Shown here: one piece after another, positions 19,160 through 28,603 of the stretch
Layout of the letters: each line of letters starts with the position of its first letter
Numbering within the stretch: position 1 is the stretch's first letter
DNA from: an uncultured delta proteobacterium
Lineage (GTDB): Bacteria > Desulfobacterota > Binatia > HRBIN30 > BPIQ01
Direction of reading: 5' to 3'
NCBI GenBank assembly: GCA_963761335.1
Contig: CAVXGR010000025.1
Location: 1 to 64,000, forward strand
Length of the DNA stretch: 64,000 nucleotides
Notes under the pieces: generated by a model
What the model was told of the DNA's origin: nothing
Database searches by the model: none
The model's input: the letters and a program-made list of their open reading frames with translations, nothing else
Position numbers and translations under genes: made by a program

Positions 19160-19930
19160 CTAGGCTTCCAGCCAGCGATTCATGGCGCGGGCGCGCCACT
19201 CGTTGGTGATGATGGTGTGCTGTACGGCCTGACGGCAGCGCCGCTGGATGTCGGCGGTGATCATCGCTTTCTGCATCAGCTCGAGCGCCTTGTCTCCGTG
19301 CTCCGGCTCGGCGTAGGCGTGCACCTCCATGTTTCTCGCCTTGATGCCGTAGTGCTTGGCGAGACCGGTATAGACGGTGCCGGCGTAGCCGCTCAGCCCG
19401 GCGACGCGCTCGCGGGCGTAGCCGAAGGCCGCCAGGCCCTCCTCGTAAGAGCGGCGGCAATAGTAGAGCAGGGTGTAAATTGAGCCGATGGTCTCGGGCA
19501 TGGGCACGTAGGCGCGCAGCTCCTCGGTGCCGATGCCGAGCTGACGGCACATCTCCACCTTCATGGTCACGTGGTTGGGGTCGCGCAGGTATCCGGTCTC
19601 GTCGGCGAAGTTCTGGCACCAGTGCGCGTAGTGCTCGGAATCGTCCAGGGTCAGCGCATAGGCGTCGGGAGCGTTGGCCACCAGCAGGGCGAACTCCGGG
19701 GTCATCCACAGGCCGAGGTAATAGAGCTCCTTCGCATATCGCTTCACCACCTCGGCCGGCGCCGTGCCGTTGCCGATCGCGGCGATCACGCGATTGATGC
19801 GGTACGGGTTGTGCTCGTCGACGAAGGCGTCGAGCTCGGCGAGGTAGGCGTCGACGGGGAGAGCCTCGGCGGTCCGATGGCTGTGGACGACGTTGCGAAA
19901 CTCCCGGCGAGGCTGCTCGCTGTGCTCCAT
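19160..19930 (-). CDS. Heme-oxygenase-like diiron protein (TenA/PqqC/CADD superfamily)
   Basis: QNFADETG....NH, ARE, EVHAYAEPEH metal-ligand pattern in a helical protein. Confidence 0.7.
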   Translation of the reverse strand: MEHSEQPRREFRNVVHSHRTAEALPVDAYLAELDAFVDEHNPYRINRVIAAIGNGTAPAEVVKRYAKELYYLGLWMTPEFALLVANAPDAYALTLDDSEHYAHWCQNFADETGYLRDPNHVTMKVEMCRQLGIGTEELRAYVPMPETIGSIYTLLYYCRRSYEEGLAAFGYARERVAGLSGYAGTVYTGLAKHYGIKARNMEVHAYAEPEHGDKALELMQKAMITADIQRRCRQAVQHTIITNEWRARAMNRWLEA

Positions 19931-19996
19931 TGAGGCCCTCCGATCCAGCTTGCTTCGACTTCTCGCCGCATAGTAGGAAAGCCGACGAGGTGTCAA

Positions 19997-20038
19997 GCTG
20001 ACGGGCAACAGCTGACGGGCAACAGCTGACGGGCAACC
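19997..20038. repeat. Three 14-bp tandem repeats
   Basis: GCTGACGGGCAACA x3 (last copy ends in C). Confidence 0.85.
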
Positions 20039-20122
20039 CGACCTCTGCCACAGCCATCGTCGAGGCGGTCCGCATCGAGAAGATGGGATCGATATCCGAG
20101 CTGAGCCGCCTGCTCGGAGAGG

Positions 20123-20361
20123 GGTGAACCGCAGAGGCGCAGGGGGCGCAGAGAAAGAACGAACCGCAAAGGCGCCAAGACGCAAGAAGGACGCCAAGAG
20201 AAAAGGGGCCGGGCCACTCCTGTAACTGGCACATACCAGATGCCGACACGATCGAGCGGAGTGGCCCGGCCCCTTTTCCCCTCGGCGATCTTTTCTTGGC
20301 GTCCTCGGCGTCTTGGCGGTTCTCTTTTTTCTCTGTGTCCTCTGCGCCTCTGCGGTTCACC
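20123..20361. repeat. Three nested inverted-repeat pairs
   Basis: Outer pair GGTGAACCGCAGAGGCGCAG/CTGCGCCTCTGCGGTTCACC; middle pair AACCGC..GGACGCCAAGA/TCTTGGCGTCC..GCGGTT; inner pair GAAAAGGGGCCGGGCCACTCC/GGAGTGGCCCGGCCCCTTTTC. Confidence 0.85.
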
Positions 20362-20409
20362 TCCCTCCCGGGCTTGAACGCGGCCCGCAAAATGGAGATA
20401 CGAAACCCC

Positions 20410-21600
20410 ATGTCCCTGCCGCTCGACGGTCTTCGCATCCTCGCCTTCAGCCAGCTCGGCGCCGGTCCGTATGCCATGACCATCCTCGCCGATCTCGGCG
20501 CCGAGGTGATCAAGGTGGAGGATCCGCTCACCGGTGGCGACGAGGCGCGCAATGTCCCTCCCTATGCCGAGGACGGCGACAGCCTCTATTTCCAGTCGCT
20601 CAACCGCAACGCCAAGAGCCTGACCCTCAACCTGCGCGTGCTCGAAGGGCAGCAGCTCTTCCACCGTCTGGTCGCCGTGTGCGACGCGGTCTACGCCAAC
20701 ACGCGCGGCGATCTGCCGGAGAAGCTCGGCCTCGACTACGCCAGCCTCGAGCACGTGAACCCTCGCATCGTCTGCTGCGCCCTCTCGGGCTTCGGCAAGA
20801 CCGGGCCGCTGCGCGCCGACCCCGGGTACGACTACCTGCTGCAGGCGATGGCCGGCTTCATGAGCGTCACCGGCGATCCCGGAGGCCCGCCGACCAAGTC
20901 GGGAATTTCCGTGGTCGACTTTTCCGGCGGATTGATGTCGGCAGTCGGCCTGCTCACCGGATTGCTGCGGGCGCGCGCCACCGGTGTGGGCGGCGACGTC
21001 GACGTCAGCCTGCTCGACACGGCGATCTCGATGCTGAACTACCTCGCCGTCTGGTCGCTCAACCGCGGCTACAAGATCCGCCGACTCGCCGACTCGGCGC
21101 ATCAGACGCTGGTGCCGTCGCAGAGCTTCGCCACCCGCGACGGCCACCTGGTGATCATGTGCATGAAGGAGAAGTTCTGGCAGCGGCTCGCCGAGCGCCT
21201 CGGCATGCCGGCGCTCGCCGAGGATCCGCGTTTCCGCACCTTCGCCGATCGCATGGCGCATCGCGACGAGCTCATTCCGGTGCTCAAGGAGGCGATGCGC
21301 CGCCGCACCACGGCGGAGTGGCTCGAGGAGCTGCGCGGCGCCGTGCCCTGCGCGCCGGTCTACTCGGTCGAGGAGGCACTCGAGGCAGAGCAGGTGCTGG
21401 CGCGAGAGATGGTGATTTCCTACACCCATCCGCACTTCGGCGTCGTGCGCGAGGTCGGTTGTCCGATCAAGCTCGACAATGCGGCGCCGCGCTACGGACC
21501 CGCCTCGGCGCTCGGCGCCGACACCGAGGCGCTGCTCGGTGCGCTGCTCGGCACCACCGCCGAAGAGGTGCAGCGGTTGCGGGCGGCGGGCGCAGTGTAG
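20410..21600 (+). CDS. Class III CoA-transferase (CaiB/BaiF)
   Basis: PLDGLRIL, LADLGAEVIKVE, NRNAKSLTLNL, PGYD. Confidence 0.93.
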   Translation: MSLPLDGLRILAFSQLGAGPYAMTILADLGAEVIKVEDPLTGGDEARNVPPYAEDGDSLYFQSLNRNAKSLTLNLRVLEGQQLFHRLVAVCDAVYANTRGDLPEKLGLDYASLEHVNPRIVCCALSGFGKTGPLRADPGYDYLLQAMAGFMSVTGDPGGPPTKSGISVVDFSGGLMSAVGLLTGLLRARATGVGGDVDVSLLDTAISMLNYLAVWSLNRGYKIRRLADSAHQTLVPSQSFATRDGHLVIMCMKEKFWQRLAERLGMPALAEDPRFRTFADRMAHRDELIPVLKEAMRRRTTAEWLEELRGAVPCAPVYSVEEALEAEQVLAREMVISYTHPHFGVVREVGCPIKLDNAAPRYGPASALGADTEALLGALLGTTAEEVQRLRAAGAV

Positions 21601-21610
21601 CGGCGCCCGC

Positions 21611-22771
21611 ATGGATTTCTCCTACTCTCGCGCCGAAGAGCAGTTCCGCGCCGAGCTGCGCCGCTGGCTCGACGAGTACGAGCCGCGCGGGCCGCGTGTC
21701 TTCGCCTCGCTGGAGGAGGAGGCGGCGTTCCTCACCGCCTGGCAGCGCGCCCTGCACGCCGGCGGCTGGGCCGCCGTGCACTGGCCTACCGAGTACGGCG
21801 GCCGCGGCGCCTCGTTGACCGAGCAGGCGATTTTCAACGAGGAGATGGCGCGCGCCCGCGCCCCGCAGATGATGAACCGCGTCGGCATCAATCTGGTCGG
21901 GCCGACGCTGATCGCCCACGGCAGCGAGGCGCAGCGGCGTCGCTACCTTCCGGCGATTCTGAGCTGCGAGGAGATCTGGTGCCAGCTCTTCTCGGAGCCC
22001 AACGCCGGCTCCGATCTGGCCTCGCTGCGCACCCGCGCCGAGCCCGATGGCGACGGCTTCCGGGTGAGCGGACAGAAGGTGTGGACCAGCTACGCCCAGT
22101 TCGCCCGCTGGGGCATTCTCCTGGCGCGCACCAGCGCCGAGGCGCCCAAGCACAAGGGGCTGAGCTATCTGATCGTCGACATGCGGTCTCCCGGGGTGAG
22201 CATCCGGCCGCTGCGACAGCTCACCGGGAGCGCCGAGTTCAGCGAGACCTTCTTCGACGCCGTCTGGGTGCCGCGCGCCAACCTGATCGGCGCTGAGAAC
22301 CGCGGCTGGGAGATCGCCCAGACGACGCTGGCACACGAGCGCGGTACGGCCTTTCCCTTCAAGGAGCAGGTGATCCACAAGATCGCCGTCGACGAGCTGG
22401 CGGAGCTGCTGCGGAGGCAGGGCGGCCGCGGAGAGCTGCGCCAGCGTCTGGCGGCGCTGTTCACCGAGGTCGAGATCATGCGCCTGCACAACTGCCGTAT
22501 GATGACCAAGCTCGGCCGCGGCGAGATGCCGGGAGCGGAGAGCTCGATCGTGAAGCTCTTCTGGGCCGATCTCTCGCAGTCGCTCTTCGAAACGGCGCTG
22601 GCCGCCCTCGGCCCCGGCGCGCAGCTGGTCCACGGCGATTCGCGCGCCGCGGGGGCAGGGCGCTGGGCGCAGGGATTTCTCTGGTCGCGCTGCGCCAGCA
22701 TCGCCGGCGGCACCTCGGAGATCCAGCGCACCATCATCGCCCAGCGCCTGCTCGGCCTGCCGCGCGCCTGA
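21611..22771 (+). CDS. Acyl-CoA dehydrogenase
   Basis: WCQLFSEPNAGSDLA, GQKVWTS, IAGGTSEIQR. Confidence 0.94.
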   Translation: MDFSYSRAEEQFRAELRRWLDEYEPRGPRVFASLEEEAAFLTAWQRALHAGGWAAVHWPTEYGGRGASLTEQAIFNEEMARARAPQMMNRVGINLVGPTLIAHGSEAQRRRYLPAILSCEEIWCQLFSEPNAGSDLASLRTRAEPDGDGFRVSGQKVWTSYAQFARWGILLARTSAEAPKHKGLSYLIVDMRSPGVSIRPLRQLTGSAEFSETFFDAVWVPRANLIGAENRGWEIAQTTLAHERGTAFPFKEQVIHKIAVDELAELLRRQGGRGELRQRLAALFTEVEIMRLHNCRMMTKLGRGEMPGAESSIVKLFWADLSQSLFETALAALGPGAQLVHGDSRAAGAGRWAQGFLWSRCASIAGGTSEIQRTIIAQRLLGLPRA

Positions 22772-22778
22772 GACAGAT

Positions 22779-23963
22779 ATGGATCTGGCCTTCACCGCTG
22801 AGGAGGAGAAGTTTCGCGCCGACATCCGCACCTGGCTGGCGGCGAACCTGCCGGCGGGGTGGGGCACCGAGTCGTTTCCGGAGCCGCAATCGCTCGAGGA
22901 GGAGGTGCGGTTTCTCCGCGAATGGCAGCGGCGCCTGCACGCGGCTCGGCTGGTGGGGGTGCACTGGCCGGCGGCCTACGGCGGCCGCGGCGCCTCCGTG
23001 GTCGAGAACTTCATCCTCCAGGAAGAGATGGCGCGCGCTCGCGCCCCGGAGCTGATCGGCCGCATCGGCATCAACCTCGTCGGGCCGACGTTGATCGCCT
23101 GCGGCAGCGAGGAGCAGAAGCAGCTCCTGCCGCGCATCCTCGCGGCGGAGGACATCTGGTGCCAGCTCTTCTCCGAGCCCAACGCCGGCTCGGATCTCAC
23201 GGCGCTGCGCTGCCGCGCCGAGGCCGACGGCGACGACTTCGTCGTCAGCGGGCAGAAGACGTGGACCAGCTACGCGCAGTTCGCGCGCTGGGGCGTGCTG
23301 CTGGCGCGCACCGGCGATCTCGCCTCCCGCGGGCGTGGCATCAGCTTCTTTCTGCTCGACATGCAGAGCTCGGGGATCACCATCCGGCCGCTGCGGCAGA
23401 TGACCGGCTCGGAGGAGTTCAACGAGGTGTTTCTCGACCGCGTGCGCGTGCCGCGCCGCTATCTGGTCGGCGAGATCAACCGCGGCTGGGAGATCGCCCA
23501 GACCACGCTCAGTCACGAGCGCGGCACCAATCCGCGGCAGATGGTCATTCACCGGATCCTGCTCGCCGAGCTGCTGGCGATGGCGCAGCGGCGGCACCGC
23601 GGCACCGAGATCGCCGCCAGAGATCCGCAGCTGCGCCAGAAGCTGGCGCAGGCGGCCATCGAGGTGCAGCTGATCACGCTCCACAACTGGCGGACCCTGA
23701 CGCAGGTGCGCCGCCATGGTCGCCCGGGCCCGGAGAGCTCGCTGGTGAAGCTCTTCTGGAGCGAGGCGAGCCAGCGCCTGCACGACACCGCCATGGAGGT
23801 CCTGCACACCTACGCGCCCCTCGCCCCCGGCGAGCCCCGCGCCGAGGCCCGCGGCCGCTGGGCCCGCTCCTACATGTACTACCGCGCCGGAACCATTTTC
23901 GCCGGCACCTCGGAGATTCAGAGGAACATCATTGCGCAGCGCGTCCTCGGCCTGCCGAAGTGA
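22779..23963 (+). CDS. Acyl-CoA dehydrogenase
   Basis: WCQLFSEPNAGSDL, FNEVF, IFAGTSEIQRNII. Confidence 0.94.
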   Translation: MDLAFTAEEEKFRADIRTWLAANLPAGWGTESFPEPQSLEEEVRFLREWQRRLHAARLVGVHWPAAYGGRGASVVENFILQEEMARARAPELIGRIGINLVGPTLIACGSEEQKQLLPRILAAEDIWCQLFSEPNAGSDLTALRCRAEADGDDFVVSGQKTWTSYAQFARWGVLLARTGDLASRGRGISFFLLDMQSSGITIRPLRQMTGSEEFNEVFLDRVRVPRRYLVGEINRGWEIAQTTLSHERGTNPRQMVIHRILLAELLAMAQRRHRGTEIAARDPQLRQKLAQAAIEVQLITLHNWRTLTQVRRHGRPGPESSLVKLFWSEASQRLHDTAMEVLHTYAPLAPGEPRAEARGRWARSYMYYRAGTIFAGTSEIQRNIIAQRVLGLPK

Positions 23964-23981
23964 GGCAGTCGTCAAGGAAGA

Positions 23982-24078
23982 GGTGTTGGGTGTTGAGGTG
24001 TTGGGTGTTGGGGGGAAGAGGTCGCGTCTTAGTTAGTTTGCCCGTCCCAACAGCCAACACCTCAACACCCCAACACCT
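23982..24078. repeat. Mirrored short-period GGTGTTG / CAACACC repeats
   Basis: GGTGTTGGGTGTTGAGGTGTTGGGTGTTGG ... CCAACAGCCAACACCTCAACACCCCAACACC. Confidence 0.8.
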
Positions 24079-24160
24079 TGTCTCCAGGCGGTGCTGGACT
24101 CGCGCCGGGGAGAGACTACCCTGAGAGGCGCGTTATGGAGCTTTCCGCGCGGAGAATCCG

Positions 24161-27100
24161 ATGAGTTGGGTGTCCAGCTGGCGCGCGCGCCTGTGGCCTT
24201 GGCGGCGCTGGCTCGTCGTGCTCCTGGTGCTGCTCGTCGTGCGGGTGGCCCTGCCGGAGGTGTTGCGCAGGGTGCTGATCTCGCAGGCGTCGCAGGCGCT
24301 GCGCGCGCGCGTCGAGGTCGGTGACCTCGATCTGTCCCTGCTGCGCGGCGGCGTCGCCCTCGAGGACGTTGCGATTTTTGCCCCTGCCACCCCGACCGGG
24401 GGCGAGCAGCCGCTGATCGCCTGGAAGCGCCTTGCCGTCGAGCTGCACTGGCTGCCGCTGTTCCGGAAGACAGTTCAGCTCCGCGAGTTGGTGCTGGACA
24501 CTCCGCATGTGGCGCTCGATCGCCTGGCAGATGGTCAGATCAATTTGATGGCCCTGGTTCCAGTGAGCGAGGCGCCGGCCGCTCCGACTCCGGCCCCGGC
24601 GACGGCGAAAGCCGCATGGAGCTTCGGCGTCGACCGCTTGGTTCTGCGCCGCGGCGGGCTGCTCTTTCGCGACTTCGAGGTCAAGGATACCGAGCCCCTG
24701 GAGATGAGCTTCGAGGAAATCCAGGTGCGCGACATCGCGCTCAGACCGGGGCTCTACGGCCAGCCGGCCACGGTGCATCTGGAGCTCGCCTTCGACCAGG
24801 CATCGCTGCGGCTCGATGCCCGCTTGACCATGCTGGATCAAGGTTTCGATCTGGACGCCGACCTCGAGGCCCACGCTTTGCCGCTGCGCCGCTCGCGCCT
24901 CTACATCCCCAGCGTCGGTTGGAGCGCGCTGCAGGGAGAGGTCGACGCGACGCTCAACTATCGGCTCGAGACCGACAAGCGGAACGAGGTGCGCGGCACG
25001 GTGAGCTTGCGTGACGTGGCGGTCCGGGTATCGGCGCTCGAAGAGCCGGCGCTGGCGTGGAAGGACCTCACGGTGAAGGTCGATCCGCTGGATCTGATCG
25101 CGCACCGAGCCGCGGTCGCCGACGTCACTCTTGACGGCGCCTCACTTCTGGTGCGGCCGCAGGGAGGCGATCTGCTTCCCTTCCTGGCCGCCAGCACCAG
25201 CAAGGCGGTGCATGCTGTCGCAGCGGCGACTCCCGCGGCCGGGTCGGAGGCGCCGGCGGCGCCGGCGACGGAAAAGGCAGAGGCGGCGACGAAGGTCGAG
25301 GCGAATCCCTGGCACTGGTCAGTTGCCTCGCTGCACCTCGGCGATTCGCGGGTGCGCCTTCTCGGCGACGCCGAGCCCCTCGATGTCGGCATCGGCGCAT
25401 CGGCCGGCGGCATTGCCGACAGCGGCGAGCAGCCCGGGACCGCCGAGGTGACTCTCACCGTCGGCGAAGGGCAGGTGGCGCTGAAGGGATCCGTGAAAGT
25501 CGCCCCGCCCGCCTTCGGAGGCTCGCTGAAGATCTCGGATCTCTCCCTGCCGGAGCTGGCGCGCGCCGCCGCGGCCGTGCCTCCCGGGCTCTTGCAGTCG
25601 GCACGGCTGAGCTCCGATCTCACCGTCGAAGCCGGTCTCGCCGCGGCCGAGGACGGCACGGCGCCGGCGGCGGGCGACGTGCGCGTTCGCGGCAAGCTCT
25701 CTCTCGGCGATCTGCATGTGACCGGCGTCACACCGCAGGACTTCTCCCTGACGGCGAAGTCGATCGATCTCGGCATCAATGAGCTCGATGTGCCCGGGGC
25801 CCTGCCGTCCTCCGCTGGCGCCGCGGCGTCCGACGTGCGTTTCAAGGGCCAGCTGGCGCTCGGCGACTGGATGCTGAGCGGACCCGACCCGAAGACGTTC
25901 TCGGTCGGCGCCCACGCCTTTGAGGTTCCGATCACGGCCATCAGCGCACCGGATATCTTCTCGACGGAGGAGAAAACGGCGGGTGCCGCTCCGATTGGCG
26001 TGACGCTTGGAGACGTGCGCTTGGAGAAACCGACCGTGCAGGTGACACGGACCGCGGAAGGCTTCGCTCTGCCAAATTTCTCGGGGCCGCCGACGAAGGC
26101 CGAAGCGTCGCCGCCCCCGAAGGGCACGCCGCACGCAATCGAGGTCACCTTGGCATCGCTTCGCCTCGACGGGGGCACCGTCGACATGAGCGATCGCACG
26201 ATGAAGCCCTTCTTCAACGGACGACTTTCGGCGGTCGACGCCGATCTCGAGCAGGTGCGTTGGCCCGGGCCATCGGTGGGCAGCCTGAAGCTCTCGGCCG
26301 TCGGCAGCGAGCAGGGCAAGCTCGACATCTACGGTGCCCTCTCCGAAGGCAGCGGTTGGTTCCAGGTCGACGTCGACAAGCTGGCGCTGCCGCCGTTCAA
26401 TCCCTACGCCACCGGCTTCTCCAGCTACAGCATCGGCAGCGGCAAGCTCTCGTTGTCCAGCAAGGCGTCGTTCGCCAAGGGCAACTACTACGCGGACAAC
26501 TGGATCACGCTGCACGACCTCGACGTGCAGAGCGGCGCGGGCGATTCGCTCTTCCAGCAACAGTTCGGGATTCCGCTGTCGATGGCGCTGGCGCTGTTGC
26601 GCGACATGAACGGAAACATCGATCTCGGCATTCCCGTCTCCGGCGGCACCGAGGGAACGAAGATCGGTCTGTTCACCGTGATTCGCAGCGCCTTGCAGCA
26701 CGCCATCGTCAATGCGCTGGCCTCGCCACTGAAGCTGGTGGGAGCCGTGTTCGGGGGGAAGGGGAAAGCCGCATCGCTGGCTCCCGCGCCGATCTCGTTT
26801 CTGCGCGGCCGGGCCGAGCCGGCAGCCGAGGGAGCCGCACAGGTGGCGCAGCTGGGCCAGCTGCTCGCCAGCCGGCCGGCCATCGGGGTGACGCTCGAGA
26901 CCGCGGTGAGCGAAGACGACGTGCGTTGGCTGCGCGAGCAGGACCTGTTGAAGACGTGGCAGAGCGAAGGCCTGATCGCCAGGCTGGGGGCGCTGATCCA
27001 GAAGGGCAGGCGCGATCGCGTGCGCGACGCGCTCGAGGCGCGCGCCAAGGACAAGCCCGGCACGCTGTCGCCCGAGGATAGCAAGGCGCTGGATGACTGG

Positions 27101-27289
27101 CTCGCCGAGCAGCCGGCGATTCCTGCGGCGCAGCTGCGCGAGCTCGCCGAGGCGCGTCTGCAGCGGGTGCAGAAGCTGCTGCAGGAGGGCAGCGGTGTCG
27201 GCAGCAACCGCATCGGGCTGGCGGAACCCCGGGCGCAGCTCACTCGAGGGGCGCCGGTGGTGAGCGTGAACCTGGGGGCGAGGCAATGA
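24161..27289 (+). CDS. DUF748 domain (AsmA-like) protein
   Basis: N-terminal membrane anchor, repeated beta-rich segments, LALLRDMNGNIDLGIPVSG...NALASPLKL. Confidence 0.82.
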   Translation: MSWVSSWRARLWPWRRWLVVLLVLLVVRVALPEVLRRVLISQASQALRARVEVGDLDLSLLRGGVALEDVAIFAPATPTGGEQPLIAWKRLAVELHWLPLFRKTVQLRELVLDTPHVALDRLADGQINLMALVPVSEAPAAPTPAPATAKAAWSFGVDRLVLRRGGLLFRDFEVKDTEPLEMSFEEIQVRDIALRPGLYGQPATVHLELAFDQASLRLDARLTMLDQGFDLDADLEAHALPLRRSRLYIPSVGWSALQGEVDATLNYRLETDKRNEVRGTVSLRDVAVRVSALEEPALAWKDLTVKVDPLDLIAHRAAVADVTLDGASLLVRPQGGDLLPFLAASTSKAVHAVAAATPAAGSEAPAAPATEKAEAATKVEANPWHWSVASLHLGDSRVRLLGDAEPLDVGIGASAGGIADSGEQPGTAEVTLTVGEGQVALKGSVKVAPPAFGGSLKISDLSLPELARAAAAVPPGLLQSARLSSDLTVEAGLAAAEDGTAPAAGDVRVRGKLSLGDLHVTGVTPQDFSLTAKSIDLGINELDVPGALPSSAGAAASDVRFKGQLALGDWMLSGPDPKTFSVGAHAFEVPITAISAPDIFSTEEKTAGAAPIGVTLGDVRLEKPTVQVTRTAEGFALPNFSGPPTKAEASPPPKGTPHAIEVTLASLRLDGGTVDMSDRTMKPFFNGRLSAVDADLEQVRWPGPSVGSLKLSAVGSEQGKLDIYGALSEGSGWFQVDVDKLALPPFNPYATGFSSYSIGSGKLSLSSKASFAKGNYYADNWITLHDLDVQSGAGDSLFQQQFGIPLSMALALLRDMNGNIDLGIPVSGGTEGTKIGLFTVIRSALQHAIVNALASPLKLVGAVFGGKGKAASLAPAPISFLRGRAEPAAEGAAQVAQLGQLLASRPAIGVTLETAVSEDDVRWLREQDLLKTWQSEGLIARLGALIQKGRRDRVRDALEARAKDKPGTLSPEDSKALDDWLAEQPAIPAAQLRELAEARLQRVQKLLQEGSGVGSNRIGLAEPRAQLTRGAPVVSVNLGARQ

Positions 27290-27326
27290 GTATCTCGGAA
27301 GAGCAGCCCCATGCTGGCTCGCGCGC

Positions 27327-27395
27327 CCCAACAGCCAACACCTCAACTCCTTCAACACCTTGATCCTCGGCACCCAACAACGTAACAACCAGCAA
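27327..27395. repeat. CAACA-type short-period repeat tract
   Basis: Contains CCCAACAGCCAACACCTCAAC, identical to 24046-24066. Confidence 0.75.
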
Positions 27396-27405
27396 CCCCC
27401 TCCCC

Positions 27406-28593
27406 ATGCCGCTAAAAGGAATACGCGTCCTCGACATCGGCACCCGCATCGCCGCGCCGTTCGCGGCGACGTTGCTCGCCGACTTCGGGGCGGAGGTGAT
27501 CAAGGTCGAGCTGCCGGGGCAGGGGGATTTTCTGCGCTCCATCGGGCCGTTCGAAGATGGCTACTCGCTTTTCTGGGCGGTGGAGGGGCGCAATCGCAAG
27601 TCGGTCACGCTCGATCTCCGCAAGCCGCGCGGCCAGGAGCTGTTCAAGCGGCTGGTCGCGGTGTCCGACGTCGTCGTGGAGAACTTCCGTCCGGGGACAC
27701 TCGAGGGCTGGGGTCTGGGCTACGATGTCCTCGAGCCGATCCGCCCCGGTCTGGTCCTCAGCCGCGCCTCCGTCTACGGGCAGACCGGGCCGTATCGCCA
27801 GCGCCCGGGTCTCGACCGCAACGGCATCGCCTTCGGTGGCCTTCTCTATCTCACCGGCTACGCCGATCGGCCGCCGGTGCGTCCCGGCCTGCTGGTCTCC
27901 GACTATCTCACCGGGGTCTTCAACGCCTTTGCGATCGTCATGTCGCTCTATCACCGCGACCTCCGCGGTGGCGGCGGCCAGTGCATCGACGTGTCGCTGT
28001 ACGAATCGGTCTTCCGCATCATGGAGCACACGGTGGCCGCGTACGACCGTCTCGGCGCGGTGCGCGAGCGCGAGGGGAATCGCCTGCGCAACTCGGCGCC
28101 GCTCGACAACTGGCAGACGAAGGACGGCAAGTGGCTGTGCATCGTCGCCGCGGGCGACGGGCTCTTCCCGCGCCTGGTGCGCGCCATGGGGCGCGAGGAT
28201 CTCCTGCGCGACCCGCGCTTCGCGACACTGGCGCAGCGCGCCGCCCACGGGGACGAGATCAACGGTATCGTCGGCGAATGGGTGGCGGCCCACACCGCCG
28301 AGGAGATCGAGGGGATGCTGCTGCCCGCCGAGGTTCCCGTGAGTCGCGCCTACAGCATCGCCGACATCTTTGCCGATCCGCACTACGCGGCTCGCGCCGA
28401 CATCGCCGTGGTCGACGATCCGACGATCGGACCGGTGCGCATGCAGGGGGTGTATCCGCGACTGTCGGCAACCCCGGGCGCCGTGCGCCGCGGCGCCCCG
28501 AAGCTCGGCGAGCACAATCGCGAGATCTATCGGGATCTCCTCGGCCTCTCCGCAAGCGAGATTGAAGAGCTCGCCGCGGCGCGGGTCATCTGA
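27406..28593 (+). CDS. Class III CoA-transferase
   Basis: PLKGIRVLD, ADFGAEVIKVE, RNRKSVTLDL, ENFRPG. Confidence 0.93.
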   Translation: MPLKGIRVLDIGTRIAAPFAATLLADFGAEVIKVELPGQGDFLRSIGPFEDGYSLFWAVEGRNRKSVTLDLRKPRGQELFKRLVAVSDVVVENFRPGTLEGWGLGYDVLEPIRPGLVLSRASVYGQTGPYRQRPGLDRNGIAFGGLLYLTGYADRPPVRPGLLVSDYLTGVFNAFAIVMSLYHRDLRGGGGQCIDVSLYESVFRIMEHTVAAYDRLGAVREREGNRLRNSAPLDNWQTKDGKWLCIVAAGDGLFPRLVRAMGREDLLRDPRFATLAQRAAHGDEINGIVGEWVAAHTAEEIEGMLLPAEVPVSRAYSIADIFADPHYAARADIAVVDDPTIGPVRMQGVYPRLSATPGAVRRGAPKLGEHNREIYRDLLGLSASEIEELAAARVI

Positions 28594-28603
28594 GGGGGCG
28601 CGC

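Noticed and set aside
18993..20552. 519-aa minus-strand ORF and extended starts at 20197/20296
   Set aside because: They run through the nested repeats and out of frame over, or upstream of, the genuine genes.
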